A DNA stretch of 64,000 nt from a virus: the IMG/VR virus record IMGVR_UViG_3300031952_000005, positions 41,465-105,464 of that record, one strand, 5' to 3'. Of the stretch, positions 9,818-20,581 are shown piece by piece (position 1 is the stretch's first letter; each line of letters starts with the position of its first letter). A model generated the notes under the pieces. The model was not told the DNA's origin. It worked only from the letters and a program-made list of their open reading frames with translations, and did no database searches. Made by a program: the position numbers and the translations under genes.

Positions 9818-12800
9818 TTATTTGAAGCAAGAAAGAGCATCTTTCAGTTGGTCAATTATTGAGGCGTCAGTAATAATGTCCTCCTTTACAAATTTACTAA
9901 TTTCTTTTGACTTTTCTGCATTTACAGTTTTGAAATCTTTAAGTTCCTCATTTAATGATTCTAACATGTTGCGATTAGTTGACAATACATTAGGAGTATT
10001 TACTACATCAAACAAATCAATTTGTTGTTCTTTACCAGCAGTAGGTGCTTTTTTCTTTGGTGCATACTTGATTGGTTTACCAGTTATAACAGATTCACGT
10101 ATTCCTTCAAGTTTAGTTTTACCTTCTTTTATTGATGCATATTCTTGTAATGTTTTAAAGTCAGTACCATTTTTACTATTATGCACTTTCATAGATTTTT
10201 CACCACGCGCTTGCATACTACTATACATCATAGTATCTAGTTTGTCTTCTGGATTAGTCAATGCACTATCCATAAATGTTTTTACAAACTCAATATCCTT
10301 TCTAGTATTATTAGCAGAATCTACAATTTCCTGTGCTTTTACTTCTGTCTCAACAGTTTGTACTACATTATCATTTTTATCTTTTACATCAAATGTTTGT
10401 TGAGTATTTGTTTGAACAACAAAAGATTCTTTAGTCACTGGTTCAACAGCAGGTAAATCCATCATTTGACGAAGTAAAGCACTTTGATCTAATGCATTTT
10501 CATTTTCTTCAGGAGCAGCATTTACATTTGGAGTAGGAGCTGGCGTAGGTGCAGGAGTTACAATTGGTGCAGGTTGTGGTGGTGTAGGTGGTTCTTCTTC
10601 TTCTACATTAACAACAGGTTCTTCAGGTATTTCTTCTACTGGTACAACAGGTGCACTTGATGCAGAAGTTTTATTTATTATTTTATTTAACGCTGCAAGT
10701 ATATATTGTTTTTCAAGTAATATATCATCAATTTGTTCTTGAGTACCGTCGATAGTTAATTCATCATAAATTTCATTTACCTCAGTAAGTTCATGTCGTA
10801 ACTCAAGTTCTGACATATCCAAGTATTGTTGTCCAGGTGTTGTCTCAGGAATTTCGTGTACAGGATCTTCAGATGTATTTAGTAAACCATTAGCTGCAGC
10901 AACTGCTTCTTCTTCAGTTGCATGTCCTTGTGTAATAACTGTTTTGTTACTATCCATAACACCAAATGTACCATCAGGATCTTGAAAAGTTTGATTATCT
11001 AAATTTACTGGAGTAATATTTTGTTTAGCAATTTCTACAAGTGCTTCAATTGATTGTTTAAATTGTGATGAGTTTACAAGTTTTTCTTCATTAGGACCTA
11101 GTGCAATTTCACCACGAGCAATTTTATCTACAAGTAATTGTTCTTTAACTGGTTCAATTTTACCAGTAGCAATCATTTGATCATACTCTTCATCTGTAAT
11201 GTCTTCTACATACTCGTTTGGTGCATACTTTTTAGTTATGTCAGCAAACTTTGCAATCATGTTATCTTTAAGATCATCAAACAACTTTTGTGCATACTCA
11301 CCATTTGCAATACCAAGATTTGGATCAAGTGATATGGTCAATAAGTTTTTATAGTTTTCATCTTCATACAGCATGTTTATTACTTCAAAACCAATTTGCA
11401 CTTTATCTGATTGATTAAATGCACCATTTACTTCTTCTAAACTATCAAGTAATCCACCTTGACCATATACACTTGCGTATATATCAAGTTGAAATCTATT
11501 TAAAAATGATATAATTTGAAACTTCATTTTACCATCAGACATTTTGCTAATAGCATACTTAAAGTTTTTAGGATTCATCAATGTATCAACAGCACTCATG
11601 TAATCTTTTGTGTCTTTATCAAGTTTCATATAATCTACTAACTTGTTATGCACATCACGCATTGCTGTTTCAGATATTTCAGTATCAACACCTGCCTGTT
11701 TATTTTTTACATTTAATAGTTTTCTAAATACTTCGATTACTTCTGCATCATGTGAGTCAAATGTAGTATTAGTACTTGCAACATCTTCACCATCTTCATT
11801 AGTAACTGTTTGTACTTTATCTAATCGTTTACCAACAAATGTATCTAGTACAACATTATCTCTTGTTACAACTTCTCCTTCTTCGTTTAAAGCAATACCT
11901 ACATCAGTACGTTTACTAAAGTAAGACTGCCACTTTTGTAAATTTTCTAGTTCATCTTTCTTATCTTCAATTTGCTTTTTAATTTTAGGTGTCAGTGATG
12001 CATCAGTATTTTGTTGTAAGTTATTTTCATATATTCTTAATTCAGACATGATGTTACCTAATTCATCATTAAGTATTTTAGGATCTGTTAATACACGTAT
12101 AACATAATCTGAACTAGTAGCAATACTTGAGTTGCTTAATAACTCTTGTGATATTTGACTAGCACGTTTTGCAGTCATATCACCTTTGACAGCATTCATT
12201 GCAATTATATGAACAGCATCTTCTTCTGCAGAACGAGCAATCATTGCTGTATAATGTTCTTTACTACCTGGAGTATATAAACTAGGTTCTGTAAAATTCT
12301 TTATCTTATTTCTCAGACCATCTGTTACGTCAGAATATTTTTTAATATCATTTGCCAGATTCTTAGAAAAGTCTAATGGTGTTGCATACTTAGTATCTTC
12401 TAGTTTAACACCAAATGATTTTTCAAAATCCTCATTACTCATGTCCACACCCATCTCACGAACAGCTCTTTGCAATACATCGATAGAATCTGTACGTTTA
12501 GCGGCAGATATTGCAGATACTAATGCATTATCTCTACTATTTTCAAATTCATATTGTAAACCTTTTGCTGCAGCTTCTGCTTGATTCTGTCCTTCTTGTA
12601 CTTGATTAACAAAATTTACTATTTTATGTTTAAAGTTTCTTTCTTCTGTTTGTTTGAAGAAAGTATTTAAATATTCTATGTCTTTATCAAACTGTTTTTT
12701 AACAGCAAGTACAGGATTATCTCCAGGAGTTTTTGCATATTGACGCTCACTCATTTTGTCAGAGATACCTTCTAATGCTTTTGTTGTAACATGTACAGGT

Positions 12801-14632
12801 AATCTAACAAGTGTTCCTGTTAATGCACCCATCAAGAATGTTTTTAATCCTTGTTTACTTATCTCATCTTCAAATGCTTTACCAAATGATTCACTTAGTA
12901 TAGAATTAGATTTCTGATACTGACCAACATAATAGTCTTTCCAACCATTTGCTGATATACCTTGCATGTTTTCTTGTAAACCTTCTACAAGTTCAAACCT
13001 TGCCATGTCTTTAAAGAATGCTTTACCTACTTGATAGGTTGCTTCTTTTTTACCAAAGTCTTTTGCTATTTGTCCAGTTACACCATACGCTCCAGCAAAT
13101 CCTTTTTTGTAAAATTTCTTTAATCCATTCTTTTCTACTAGTAATAAGTTATCTTTTGTTGCTTCTACCAACTCACGCATAGTTTTGTTTGCTGGTATAA
13201 ACTTATTAAACATATTACCAAACTGTAACTTGTTAGTTGCCAGTAAGATAGCCATGTTTGTTTTGTAATTAGCTCCACTTGAATCCATTGAGATTTTTCT
13301 CATTTCTTCAAACTGAACTTCATTAGGATCATCACCATTATTACTATTACGATGATCTTCAATAAGTTTGTTTAATGTATCACCATAAGAAGACACTGCT
13401 TCAAAAGATGATTCTGTCGCAGACATATTTAGTTCTTGTGCAACACGTCTAAGACCTTGTGCACCTATACCAATAAGTTTACCAGTAGAAAGTCCTGCTT
13501 CTACACCAGCTGCAACTCTTTCACCATATCGTATACCACTACCTAGTAATGGTAATCCTCTTGCAACATTGCCAGTTAACTCAGCAATGCTTTTTGATTT
13601 CATTATACCTGGCAAATTACCACTAAATACAGTAAACGTATCATTTAATGCTTGACGTGCAACAGAACCAGATACATTTGCAATTTCTGATGCTTCTCCT
13701 ATTTTGTTTAATAATCTGATTTCTTCTGCAGATTTATTACCTAACGTAAATCCTTGTGCAACATCTCTAAAAATATTTGTTTTTGTTGCAAGTGCTTCTG
13801 CAGATTCTCTTGCACCAACTTCTAGTGCATCCTTTCCCATCATTCTTCCAAATCCTGCACCAATTTTTGCAAAGGTAGGAGCAAATAATGCTGCGCCCGC
13901 ACCACCTTCAGGAAGTGTTAATCCTGTAATTAATATGTCTGCTGCAATTTCTAATGATAATGCACCAAATGTTCCAAGCATAAATCCACTACTACCTATA
14001 AATTCTGATATGGTTCCTTTAGTAAATATGCTATCTTGATCTTCAGGTGTTTGAAATACAAAGTTTTTTTGTGCATCTTTTTGGTCTTGATAATACTGTT
14101 GCATCATCTCATCTTCAGATGGCATAAGTAATGACATATCCATGTTTGCTATTGCAGAACCTATTCTACCATAACCAATAAAGTTTTCTTTAAATGCTGC
14201 ACCAAACTTACTTGACATAGAATCAAATCCTTTTGCAAGAGCAGTACCCCATGTTTCTTCTTTTAATGCTCTGTCAAAATTGGTAGAATCTAATGGGTTA
14301 AATCCACTAGCATTAAATGATTCTTGTTGTGTAAAATTTGCAATAGTATCTGCATCCTGATATCTTACCCCAGGTGACTCTTGATAAGTCATAGAATCAA
14401 TAAGAGACTTTCCAGGATTTATTTCTCGCGCAAGTTGTTGGGCACTTGCATTTTGTGCGTTACGCATTGTTTCTGCAAATGATCCATCACCAGGACCAGT
14501 AGGTATATTTTCTGGTACTATATTGGTGTTATTTGCTTGACTTTGTGATGACATTATTGAGGCAAAATCCTGTTGTTGATTTGCATCTGTAGCGTTTAAT
14601 GATGCTGCTTCTAATTCTGTATTTTCTGCCAT
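9818..14632 (-). CDS. Large virion cargo/ejection protein (1604 aa), possible membrane-channel former
   Basis: Directly upstream of vRNAP; Gly/Ala-rich hydrophobic segment GFMLGTFGALSLEIAADILITGLTL; Pro-rich linker; one Cys only. Confidence 0.7.
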   Translation of the reverse strand: MAENTELEAASLNATDANQQQDFASIMSSQSQANNTNIVPENIPTGPGDGSFAETMRNAQNASAQQLAREINPGKSLIDSMTYQESPGVRYQDADTIANFTQQESFNASGFNPLDSTNFDRALKEETWGTALAKGFDSMSSKFGAAFKENFIGYGRIGSAIANMDMSLLMPSEDEMMQQYYQDQKDAQKNFVFQTPEDQDSIFTKGTISEFIGSSGFMLGTFGALSLEIAADILITGLTLPEGGAGAALFAPTFAKIGAGFGRMMGKDALEVGARESAEALATKTNIFRDVAQGFTLGNKSAEEIRLLNKIGEASEIANVSGSVARQALNDTFTVFSGNLPGIMKSKSIAELTGNVARGLPLLGSGIRYGERVAAGVEAGLSTGKLIGIGAQGLRRVAQELNMSATESSFEAVSSYGDTLNKLIEDHRNSNNGDDPNEVQFEEMRKISMDSSGANYKTNMAILLATNKLQFGNMFNKFIPANKTMRELVEATKDNLLLVEKNGLKKFYKKGFAGAYGVTGQIAKDFGKKEATYQVGKAFFKDMARFELVEGLQENMQGISANGWKDYYVGQYQKSNSILSESFGKAFEDEISKQGLKTFLMGALTGTLVRLPVHVTTKALEGISDKMSERQYAKTPGDNPVLAVKKQFDKDIEYLNTFFKQTEERNFKHKIVNFVNQVQEGQNQAEAAAKGLQYEFENSRDNALVSAISAAKRTDSIDVLQRAVREMGVDMSNEDFEKSFGVKLEDTKYATPLDFSKNLANDIKKYSDVTDGLRNKIKNFTEPSLYTPGSKEHYTAMIARSAEEDAVHIIAMNAVKGDMTAKRASQISQELLSNSSIATSSDYVIRVLTDPKILNDELGNIMSELRIYENNLQQNTDASLTPKIKKQIEDKKDELENLQKWQSYFSKRTDVGIALNEEGEVVTRDNVVLDTFVGKRLDKVQTVTNEDGEDVASTNTTFDSHDAEVIEVFRKLLNVKNKQAGVDTEISETAMRDVHNKLVDYMKLDKDTKDYMSAVDTLMNPKNFKYAISKMSDGKMKFQIISFLNRFQLDIYASVYGQGGLLDSLEEVNGAFNQSDKVQIGFEVINMLYEDENYKNLLTISLDPNLGIANGEYAQKLFDDLKDNMIAKFADITKKYAPNEYVEDITDEEYDQMIATGKIEPVKEQLLVDKIARGEIALGPNEEKLVNSSQFKQSIEALVEIAKQNITPVNLDNQTFQDPDGTFGVMDSNKTVITQGHATEEEAVAAANGLLNTSEDPVHEIPETTPGQQYLDMSELELRHELTEVNEIYDELTIDGTQEQIDDILLEKQYILAALNKIINKTSASSAPVVPVEEIPEEPVVNVEEEEPPTPPQPAPIVTPAPTPAPTPNVNAAPEENENALDQSALLRQMMDLPAVEPVTKESFVVQTNTQQTFDVKDKNDNVVQTVETEVKAQEIVDSANNTRKDIEFVKTFMDSALTNPEDKLDTMMYSSMQARGEKSMKVHNSKNGTDFKTLQEYASIKEGKTKLEGIRESVITGKPIKYAPKKKAPTAGKEQQIDLFDVVNTPNVLSTNRNMLESLNEELKDFKTVNAEKSKEISKFVKEDIITDASIIDQLKDALSCFK

Positions 14633-14635
14633 GAT

Positions 14636-17281
14636 TTATTTTTTCTTTTTTTGATCATCATAATATGCTTTTAAAAAACCCAAGTAATTATTGTAATCTG
14701 TTTTAATGTTTTTATCAAGTGCTAAAATACTATCAATATCATCAGGTCCTGTCATTGGTAAAAACTCAACATTTGAACTAACCCACTTGTCTGTTTGAGG
14801 ATCCTGAAATTTTGTACTATATGAAACAGAGTAGTTACCATATTTGTCATAATTACCAGTAGCAGTAAAATCAAATCCTGCATCTTTGTATACCTTTTTA
14901 GCATTAATAGTAGTAGTTGGATTTTGAAACAAAGAATTAAAATCTCCAATAGAAGTATTATTCATTGTAGATTCACTTACATTTTTCTTAAGTCTTGACA
15001 ATGCTGGATTTGTGTTTATAGTATTGTAAGGTAATGTAATTACTAATGGTACTGTTGCAGTTTTAGGATTATCATTTTTATTTCTAACAGTAATTGTAAC
15101 AACCTTTGCAGCAGGATTACTACTAATTTCATATTCATTTCCTAATGCGTCTGCTTTTGCTGTGTTATTCATAGAAGCAAACTTGGTAAATACTTCAGGA
15201 TTATTTGAATTTTTTGCAGCAACTGAACCAAATATGTTACCCCATTCATCTGGAGTTACACCAGTATTCATTCTTGTAAAAGTAGTACCTGCTGTTCTAC
15301 CTTTAAACTCTGGTGTTATTATGCGATCTAATCCTGCTCTTTGTTGTACTGATAATCTAGATAAATCAAATATTGGATAATTTTTACTTGTTTTTCCCAT
15401 TACTTTTACTTTACCTTCATACATCTCTTTTACAGTTCCATCAGGATTCATTATTGCTTTTGCAATATTTTCATAATTCTTTTCTAACTGTGCTTTCTGA
15501 GAAATTGTTTGATCAAATTTACCTAACATATTACTAAGCGTATATATCTGGTCTTTATAATTCTGAGCACTTCCTTGTTTTGAAAGTGTTGGAAGTAATT
15601 TTCTTGCTTTGTTATGTATACCAAGAGCAACAGCATCAATCATTGTTTGTGCAACTTGTGCTGTTTTAGGATCAACTACTTGTACACCAGCGTGTCCACC
15701 AAGAATACCAAATAATTTTTTATCAGGTTCAGTAAGTTTTTCTTGACTGCCATTAGCAATTCTTTTTACTTTATCCATTACTGAATAAAACTTACCAGAA
15801 TTTGCAGCACCTACAACAATGTTTAATACACCTTCTTTAGGATCAAATGCATCAGAAAATATTTCATTACGATTTTTGTTTAATGAATCTAATACAATAT
15901 CTACACCAGGAACAGCATCTGCTTGTGGAGTACTAGGATCAAAATCTGCTTGACTAGTACCTATAATACTACTACTAGGTAATTCACCTTTTGCAACTGC
16001 TTGTTTAATTTTTAATTGCATATCATCTACATGAAATCTTTCATCTTGTGCCATTTTTTTTGCAGCAAGATCTGCTTCTTGATTCATTTTTGCATATGCA
16101 AGACTCTGATCCATTTTGATTTTGTACAAACTCATCTGAACATCATCTTGGTCAATCTCAACTTTTGCAGTTACATTTGCATAATTCTTACCCCAGTCTA
16201 ATGCAGTTTTTATCATTGCATTATTCTTATAAAGATTGTGTAAATTATTAGCAATATATTCATAACCACCATTAGTTACATCAGCAACATCTTTATCAGC
16301 ATTTGCACTAATCTTTTCAAGTTCTTCTTTTTGTTTCATCAAATCATCATAGTACACTTTTTTTATTGCAGGAACTCCATCAGGATATTCTCTGTCAAAT
16401 ACTTCAAGTTTTTCTTTAACGTCTGACAATCCTAAGTTTGTTTGTGTTTGCACTTTTGTTGCTTCTGCAACAGTAGGTTGTTCAATTTTTTTTGCAAGAT
16501 TCTGTAACGCTTGGTCTCTAGAAACTTTAGTAGTTTCCATTTCCTGTTGTATATCATTTTCAGCATTCATAAAACCCATTACCTGCATTTGGTCATTAAA
16601 TCTGCCATCATTTTTTATTTCTGACATTGCCCATTGTGCAAATGATGGAGCAACATCTGCTCCATTAGTTTTTTTAATTTTGTAAAAACCATGTAGTTCA
16701 TCTCTAACAATTATAGCATCTATCTTTTTTGCACGTTCATCAAGAAAACCCATCACATCTTCAAATGGTACAAAGTTTCTTGGTTGTGCTTTTAGTATAC
16801 TACCATCACCACGTTTTGAATTCTTTAGTTCATTAATACCATAGTTCATGTACGCCATACTATAATCATTTGCAAGTGCTCTCTGTTTAGGATCATCACT
16901 TGCTTTTAAATTATTATACTTGCCTATTTCAGTACCATAGTATTTTGTAAGTGCAATATCGCGACCAAACTCTTTATCTTGTGTAATAGGATCTACAATA
17001 GAATTTGCAGTACTAATGTTTGCAGGATTTGATAAATCTAGATTTGAAATGTCTTTTAATGAACCTTGTATTTTTTTAAATACTTGTTTACGATATTCTT
17101 CATTAGAAGTAGAAGTCAATGGGTCATTTAATGCAGAGTTAACTATGTTTTTTACATAACTAAATCCACGATCATATTCACCTTGTTTGGTTCCTAGTAC
17201 TTGTGTAAGAAAACCATAATCTGGTTTGAACATATTTCCCTGTGGAAACTCATCAGTAACTCCCTTTATAAATGTTGCCAT
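14636..17281 (-). CDS. Virion cargo/ejection protein (881 aa)
   Basis: Long helical protein with no Cys seen, in the ejection-protein block; function from position. Confidence 0.6.
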   Translation of the reverse strand: MATFIKGVTDEFPQGNMFKPDYGFLTQVLGTKQGEYDRGFSYVKNIVNSALNDPLTSTSNEEYRKQVFKKIQGSLKDISNLDLSNPANISTANSIVDPITQDKEFGRDIALTKYYGTEIGKYNNLKASDDPKQRALANDYSMAYMNYGINELKNSKRGDGSILKAQPRNFVPFEDVMGFLDERAKKIDAIIVRDELHGFYKIKKTNGADVAPSFAQWAMSEIKNDGRFNDQMQVMGFMNAENDIQQEMETTKVSRDQALQNLAKKIEQPTVAEATKVQTQTNLGLSDVKEKLEVFDREYPDGVPAIKKVYYDDLMKQKEELEKISANADKDVADVTNGGYEYIANNLHNLYKNNAMIKTALDWGKNYANVTAKVEIDQDDVQMSLYKIKMDQSLAYAKMNQEADLAAKKMAQDERFHVDDMQLKIKQAVAKGELPSSSIIGTSQADFDPSTPQADAVPGVDIVLDSLNKNRNEIFSDAFDPKEGVLNIVVGAANSGKFYSVMDKVKRIANGSQEKLTEPDKKLFGILGGHAGVQVVDPKTAQVAQTMIDAVALGIHNKARKLLPTLSKQGSAQNYKDQIYTLSNMLGKFDQTISQKAQLEKNYENIAKAIMNPDGTVKEMYEGKVKVMGKTSKNYPIFDLSRLSVQQRAGLDRIITPEFKGRTAGTTFTRMNTGVTPDEWGNIFGSVAAKNSNNPEVFTKFASMNNTAKADALGNEYEISSNPAAKVVTITVRNKNDNPKTATVPLVITLPYNTINTNPALSRLKKNVSESTMNNTSIGDFNSLFQNPTTTINAKKVYKDAGFDFTATGNYDKYGNYSVSYSTKFQDPQTDKWVSSNVEFLPMTGPDDIDSILALDKNIKTDYNNYLGFLKAYYDDQKKKK

Positions 17282-17302
17282 GTTTATCTATTATATAAAA
17301 TA

Positions 17303-20300
17303 TTAATCTTCAAAAAAGTACAATGGTAATGCACCAAAATCAACTACTGTTCCACCATATTTTTTTATGTATCCACCGTATTTTCCTACTCTTTGTGGTA
17401 TTGCTTGTCCTGCTGCAACTATATCACGCATATTATTTCTTTGTGATGAACCTGTTCCAGAACCTGATTTACCAAGTTGACGTAACACTGCTTCGTGCGC
17501 TTGGTCAGAAGTCATTCCATTATTCATGTAGTCTTTTTTCATTGCTGCAAATTGAGGACCTGTAACATAACCATTACCAGATGCTACATCATTTGGATAT
17601 GCAGCATTTTGATATGGATCATATAAAAGATTACCATTCTCATCGTATGCCTCTCTACCTTGAGTAAAGTTAACATTACCATTTATACGATTAAATGCAT
17701 ACTGAGGAAACATACTTTCTAATTGATTAGTACGTTGCATATTAGTTGTACCATTATTAAACGCATCTATTACACCCCATTTTAAATCTCTACGTGCATT
17801 GTCGTATTGTTGATTTGCTGTTGCAGATTCTGCAAGATATTTTTGTTGAGCATTTGCATTCAAAAGTCTTTCTTGATTTACAATTTGCGCATTTCTTGGA
17901 AGTGCTTGATTAACAGTATTAACATTTCTATTTTCTACAGTACCAATAGTATTTGCAATTTGTCCAAGTCTTTGATTGGATTGTCCTACCATAGATGCAC
18001 CTGCAACATTACCAGCAGTTGAGTTATAAGCACCTTCTCTTGTAGCTGCTGCATCTTCTTGTAGTGCTGCAATTTGTCTAGCAGGATCTTCTAATACGTA
18101 AGGAGAAGTTTCAAGATTTACTTTTGCTAATCCTGGACCATACTTGCGCGCATCATCAGTCATTTTACCAGCAAAATAAACCTGGTCTTGTAACCACCAT
18201 GGTTTTCTTTCTTGTGGTCCCATCTGATTTTCCATAACAGGAATATCAAACTCTTGTTCTGCAGCAGGAGTGGTTTTTACAACTGGTGCAGGTTTTTTAC
18301 TGATACCTGGTAAGTTATAATTTTCAACACCTGGTACTAACGCACCTTCAATACCCATGTCAATGTACGGTTTGTTTCCAGAAACTGTTCCGATAGCAGC
18401 ATTTTCATATTCTAACAAATGTGTCATTGCTGGATTTGCTTTACCTTTTCCTGCAATCTGATCTTGTCTCCATTTAGCAGCACCACCTGGATATGCATTA
18501 ATTGCATCTGCGTGAATCTTCATGTATTCATCTAGTCCTCTTGTACCAGGTTTTATATCTTTATATAAAAATCCTGATTCTGGATCTATTTTATAACCTG
18601 TCTGAGAAGTTTGTGGTCCAACTGTTTTTTCTTTGTATCTAAGATCTTCTGGTAGATAACCAAAGTTATAACCTTTGTCTTGAACAGTTTTTGTCAGGTC
18701 AGCATCTTCAACATCATATAAAATTACTTGTCCTTTTGTACCATCACTATACACAGGTCTTTTGTTACCTGTCTTATTAGAGTACTCATATCCTACAACT
18801 GTTTTACCAGAACCTTGTACAGTACTTGGTACACCAGGTTGTGTTCCTTGATGTTTAGGTAAATACAATCCACCATCTGCAAACTCTTCATCTGTATAAA
18901 TAATATTATTATTAGGATTTGATGATTGCGCAGCTGCTTTTACTGGTACTTTAGATGCAACAGGTTTAACAGCATTGGTTACAACAGGTGCAGAAGCAAC
19001 TACTACTTGTGGTTGTTTTACAGTGGGAGCATTTTCTTTTACAACAGTTCTGACATTTCTTTCTTGTGCTGTACGAGTTGTATCAATTGGTGTTGGAGCA
19101 TAAACACTTTTAACTTTTGGTTGTGGTGTTACTTCAACATTTGTATTTTCATTTTCATCAACTGCATGTAGTCCTGCTTGACCAATTCTACTTGCAATTG
19201 AATACCCTTTTGATAAAAGTTGTTCAAATGGTATTTTACCAATATATTGTGCTAGAAATTTACCAGCTTGTTTTCCATATTTTGCAGTTAATTCAGCAGC
19301 TTGTGCAACGTATGGGGCTGCTACTTGTACTGCTTTACCAGTAAGTTTTACTGCACCTTTTCCTAATGCTACAGGTATTTCTGGATATATCATTGGATCT
19401 GTTGCAACATCTCCCCAGAAATGTTGAGTATCAGATACTGGTGAGTATCTTGATTTAGTATCCATGGGAGACTCATAGTAACCAGTTAACAACGAGTTAA
19501 TACCTTTTTGAGGAAGAGTAAACATGTTAGCAGCATAATCAAGTACACCACTAGAACCATTAAAAGGAATAAGTTCTTTTAATGCTTGTTTCATTCTTGG
19601 ATCATCATCAGGATTATTAAGACTCTTTTTGAAATCAACACTACTCCAGTTTTCTCCAACTCTATCCCAATATCCTGTTGATGTATCTGGACCAACTTTA
19701 TATGTATTTGTTGGTATGTATGGTTTTTCTTTTGCTACTTTTTTCTTACCAGGTAATTTTTTAGTTTGTGGTTGTTTGGTTGTACCAGCTCTCTGATAGT
19801 ATGCACTACCACCATAACGCATCTGACCTTCTTCTGCAGCTTCTTGTCCTTCCATCATTTCTTCTGGAGCACCTTGTTCTTGACCAGGTGCTTGTTGTCC
19901 TTGTAATCCTGCCATAACAGATTCTGCAATTGCAGGTATACCATCAGGAAATCCTTTCATAGATTCTTGTACCAATGCAAGCATACCAAGTTTCTCTAAA
20001 TTGTTTTCTAACATTTTAGATGCAGTACGTTTACTTATTTGATCATAATTATTATCCTTTAGAATATTCATATAGTTATTCATAGGATACTTATTTGCAA
20101 TTTTTGCAGGAGTTACACCACCTTTGTCAAAACTAGTAATACCAAATATAGAAAGTACTTCTGGATCTTTAATTTTTAACTTCTTTGTATCAGAGAATAT
20201 AAAAGAACCTGGTGCAACATTAAGAGGTACTCCACCTCCAGTATGTCTTTTACCAACAATTTTATTATGTTCTAAAAAACCATCATTGTTTATATCACCA

Positions 20301-20485
20301 ATTACAGTTTCACCACCTTCAGCTTCTATATTTGCTTCTTCACGTGGTACTGCACTGATAGTGTTTTTGACATTACTATCTTGGTTAATTGGATTTACTT
20401 TAATGTATAAATCATTTCTATCAACTAAACTATAGTTACGTTGATCACCATTTTTTGGTAGTTGTTTTATTCTAATGTTGTACAT
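17303..20485 (-). CDS. Virion cargo protein 1-like (1060 aa), modular with GG linkers
   Basis: N-terminal ANIEAEGGE...GKRHTGGGVPL...FIFSD domain typical of crAss-like cargo proteins; Q/N/A-rich C-terminal helical part. Confidence 0.65.
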   Translation of the reverse strand: MYNIRIKQLPKNGDQRNYSLVDRNDLYIKVNPINQDSNVKNTISAVPREEANIEAEGGETVIGDINNDGFLEHNKIVGKRHTGGGVPLNVAPGSFIFSDTKKLKIKDPEVLSIFGITSFDKGGVTPAKIANKYPMNNYMNILKDNNYDQISKRTASKMLENNLEKLGMLALVQESMKGFPDGIPAIAESVMAGLQGQQAPGQEQGAPEEMMEGQEAAEEGQMRYGGSAYYQRAGTTKQPQTKKLPGKKKVAKEKPYIPTNTYKVGPDTSTGYWDRVGENWSSVDFKKSLNNPDDDPRMKQALKELIPFNGSSGVLDYAANMFTLPQKGINSLLTGYYESPMDTKSRYSPVSDTQHFWGDVATDPMIYPEIPVALGKGAVKLTGKAVQVAAPYVAQAAELTAKYGKQAGKFLAQYIGKIPFEQLLSKGYSIASRIGQAGLHAVDENENTNVEVTPQPKVKSVYAPTPIDTTRTAQERNVRTVVKENAPTVKQPQVVVASAPVVTNAVKPVASKVPVKAAAQSSNPNNNIIYTDEEFADGGLYLPKHQGTQPGVPSTVQGSGKTVVGYEYSNKTGNKRPVYSDGTKGQVILYDVEDADLTKTVQDKGYNFGYLPEDLRYKEKTVGPQTSQTGYKIDPESGFLYKDIKPGTRGLDEYMKIHADAINAYPGGAAKWRQDQIAGKGKANPAMTHLLEYENAAIGTVSGNKPYIDMGIEGALVPGVENYNLPGISKKPAPVVKTTPAAEQEFDIPVMENQMGPQERKPWWLQDQVYFAGKMTDDARKYGPGLAKVNLETSPYVLEDPARQIAALQEDAAATREGAYNSTAGNVAGASMVGQSNQRLGQIANTIGTVENRNVNTVNQALPRNAQIVNQERLLNANAQQKYLAESATANQQYDNARRDLKWGVIDAFNNGTTNMQRTNQLESMFPQYAFNRINGNVNFTQGREAYDENGNLLYDPYQNAAYPNDVASGNGYVTGPQFAAMKKDYMNNGMTSDQAHEAVLRQLGKSGSGTGSSQRNNMRDIVAAGQAIPQRVGKYGGYIKKYGGTVVDFGALPLYFFED

Positions 20486-20523
20486 AAACTTTTGAAGTTT
20501 AAAGTTAAAAATGATAAATCTCT

Positions 20524-20539
20524 TACATTTAGAATTTAC
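20524..20539 (-). promoter_or_regulatory. Candidate late promoter GTAAATTC-W4-TGTA
   Basis: GTAAATTCTAAATGTA upstream of 20485; abuts a TATATTTG element at 20539-20546. Confidence 0.55.
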
Positions 20540-20581
20540 AAATATAATTTGTTTTTTCCTATTTTGTTACAGAGTTTGTTA

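Noticed and set aside
10520-10660. Pro-rich PAPT/PEEP repeats as a repeat element
   Set aside because: Ordinary low-complexity protein linker.
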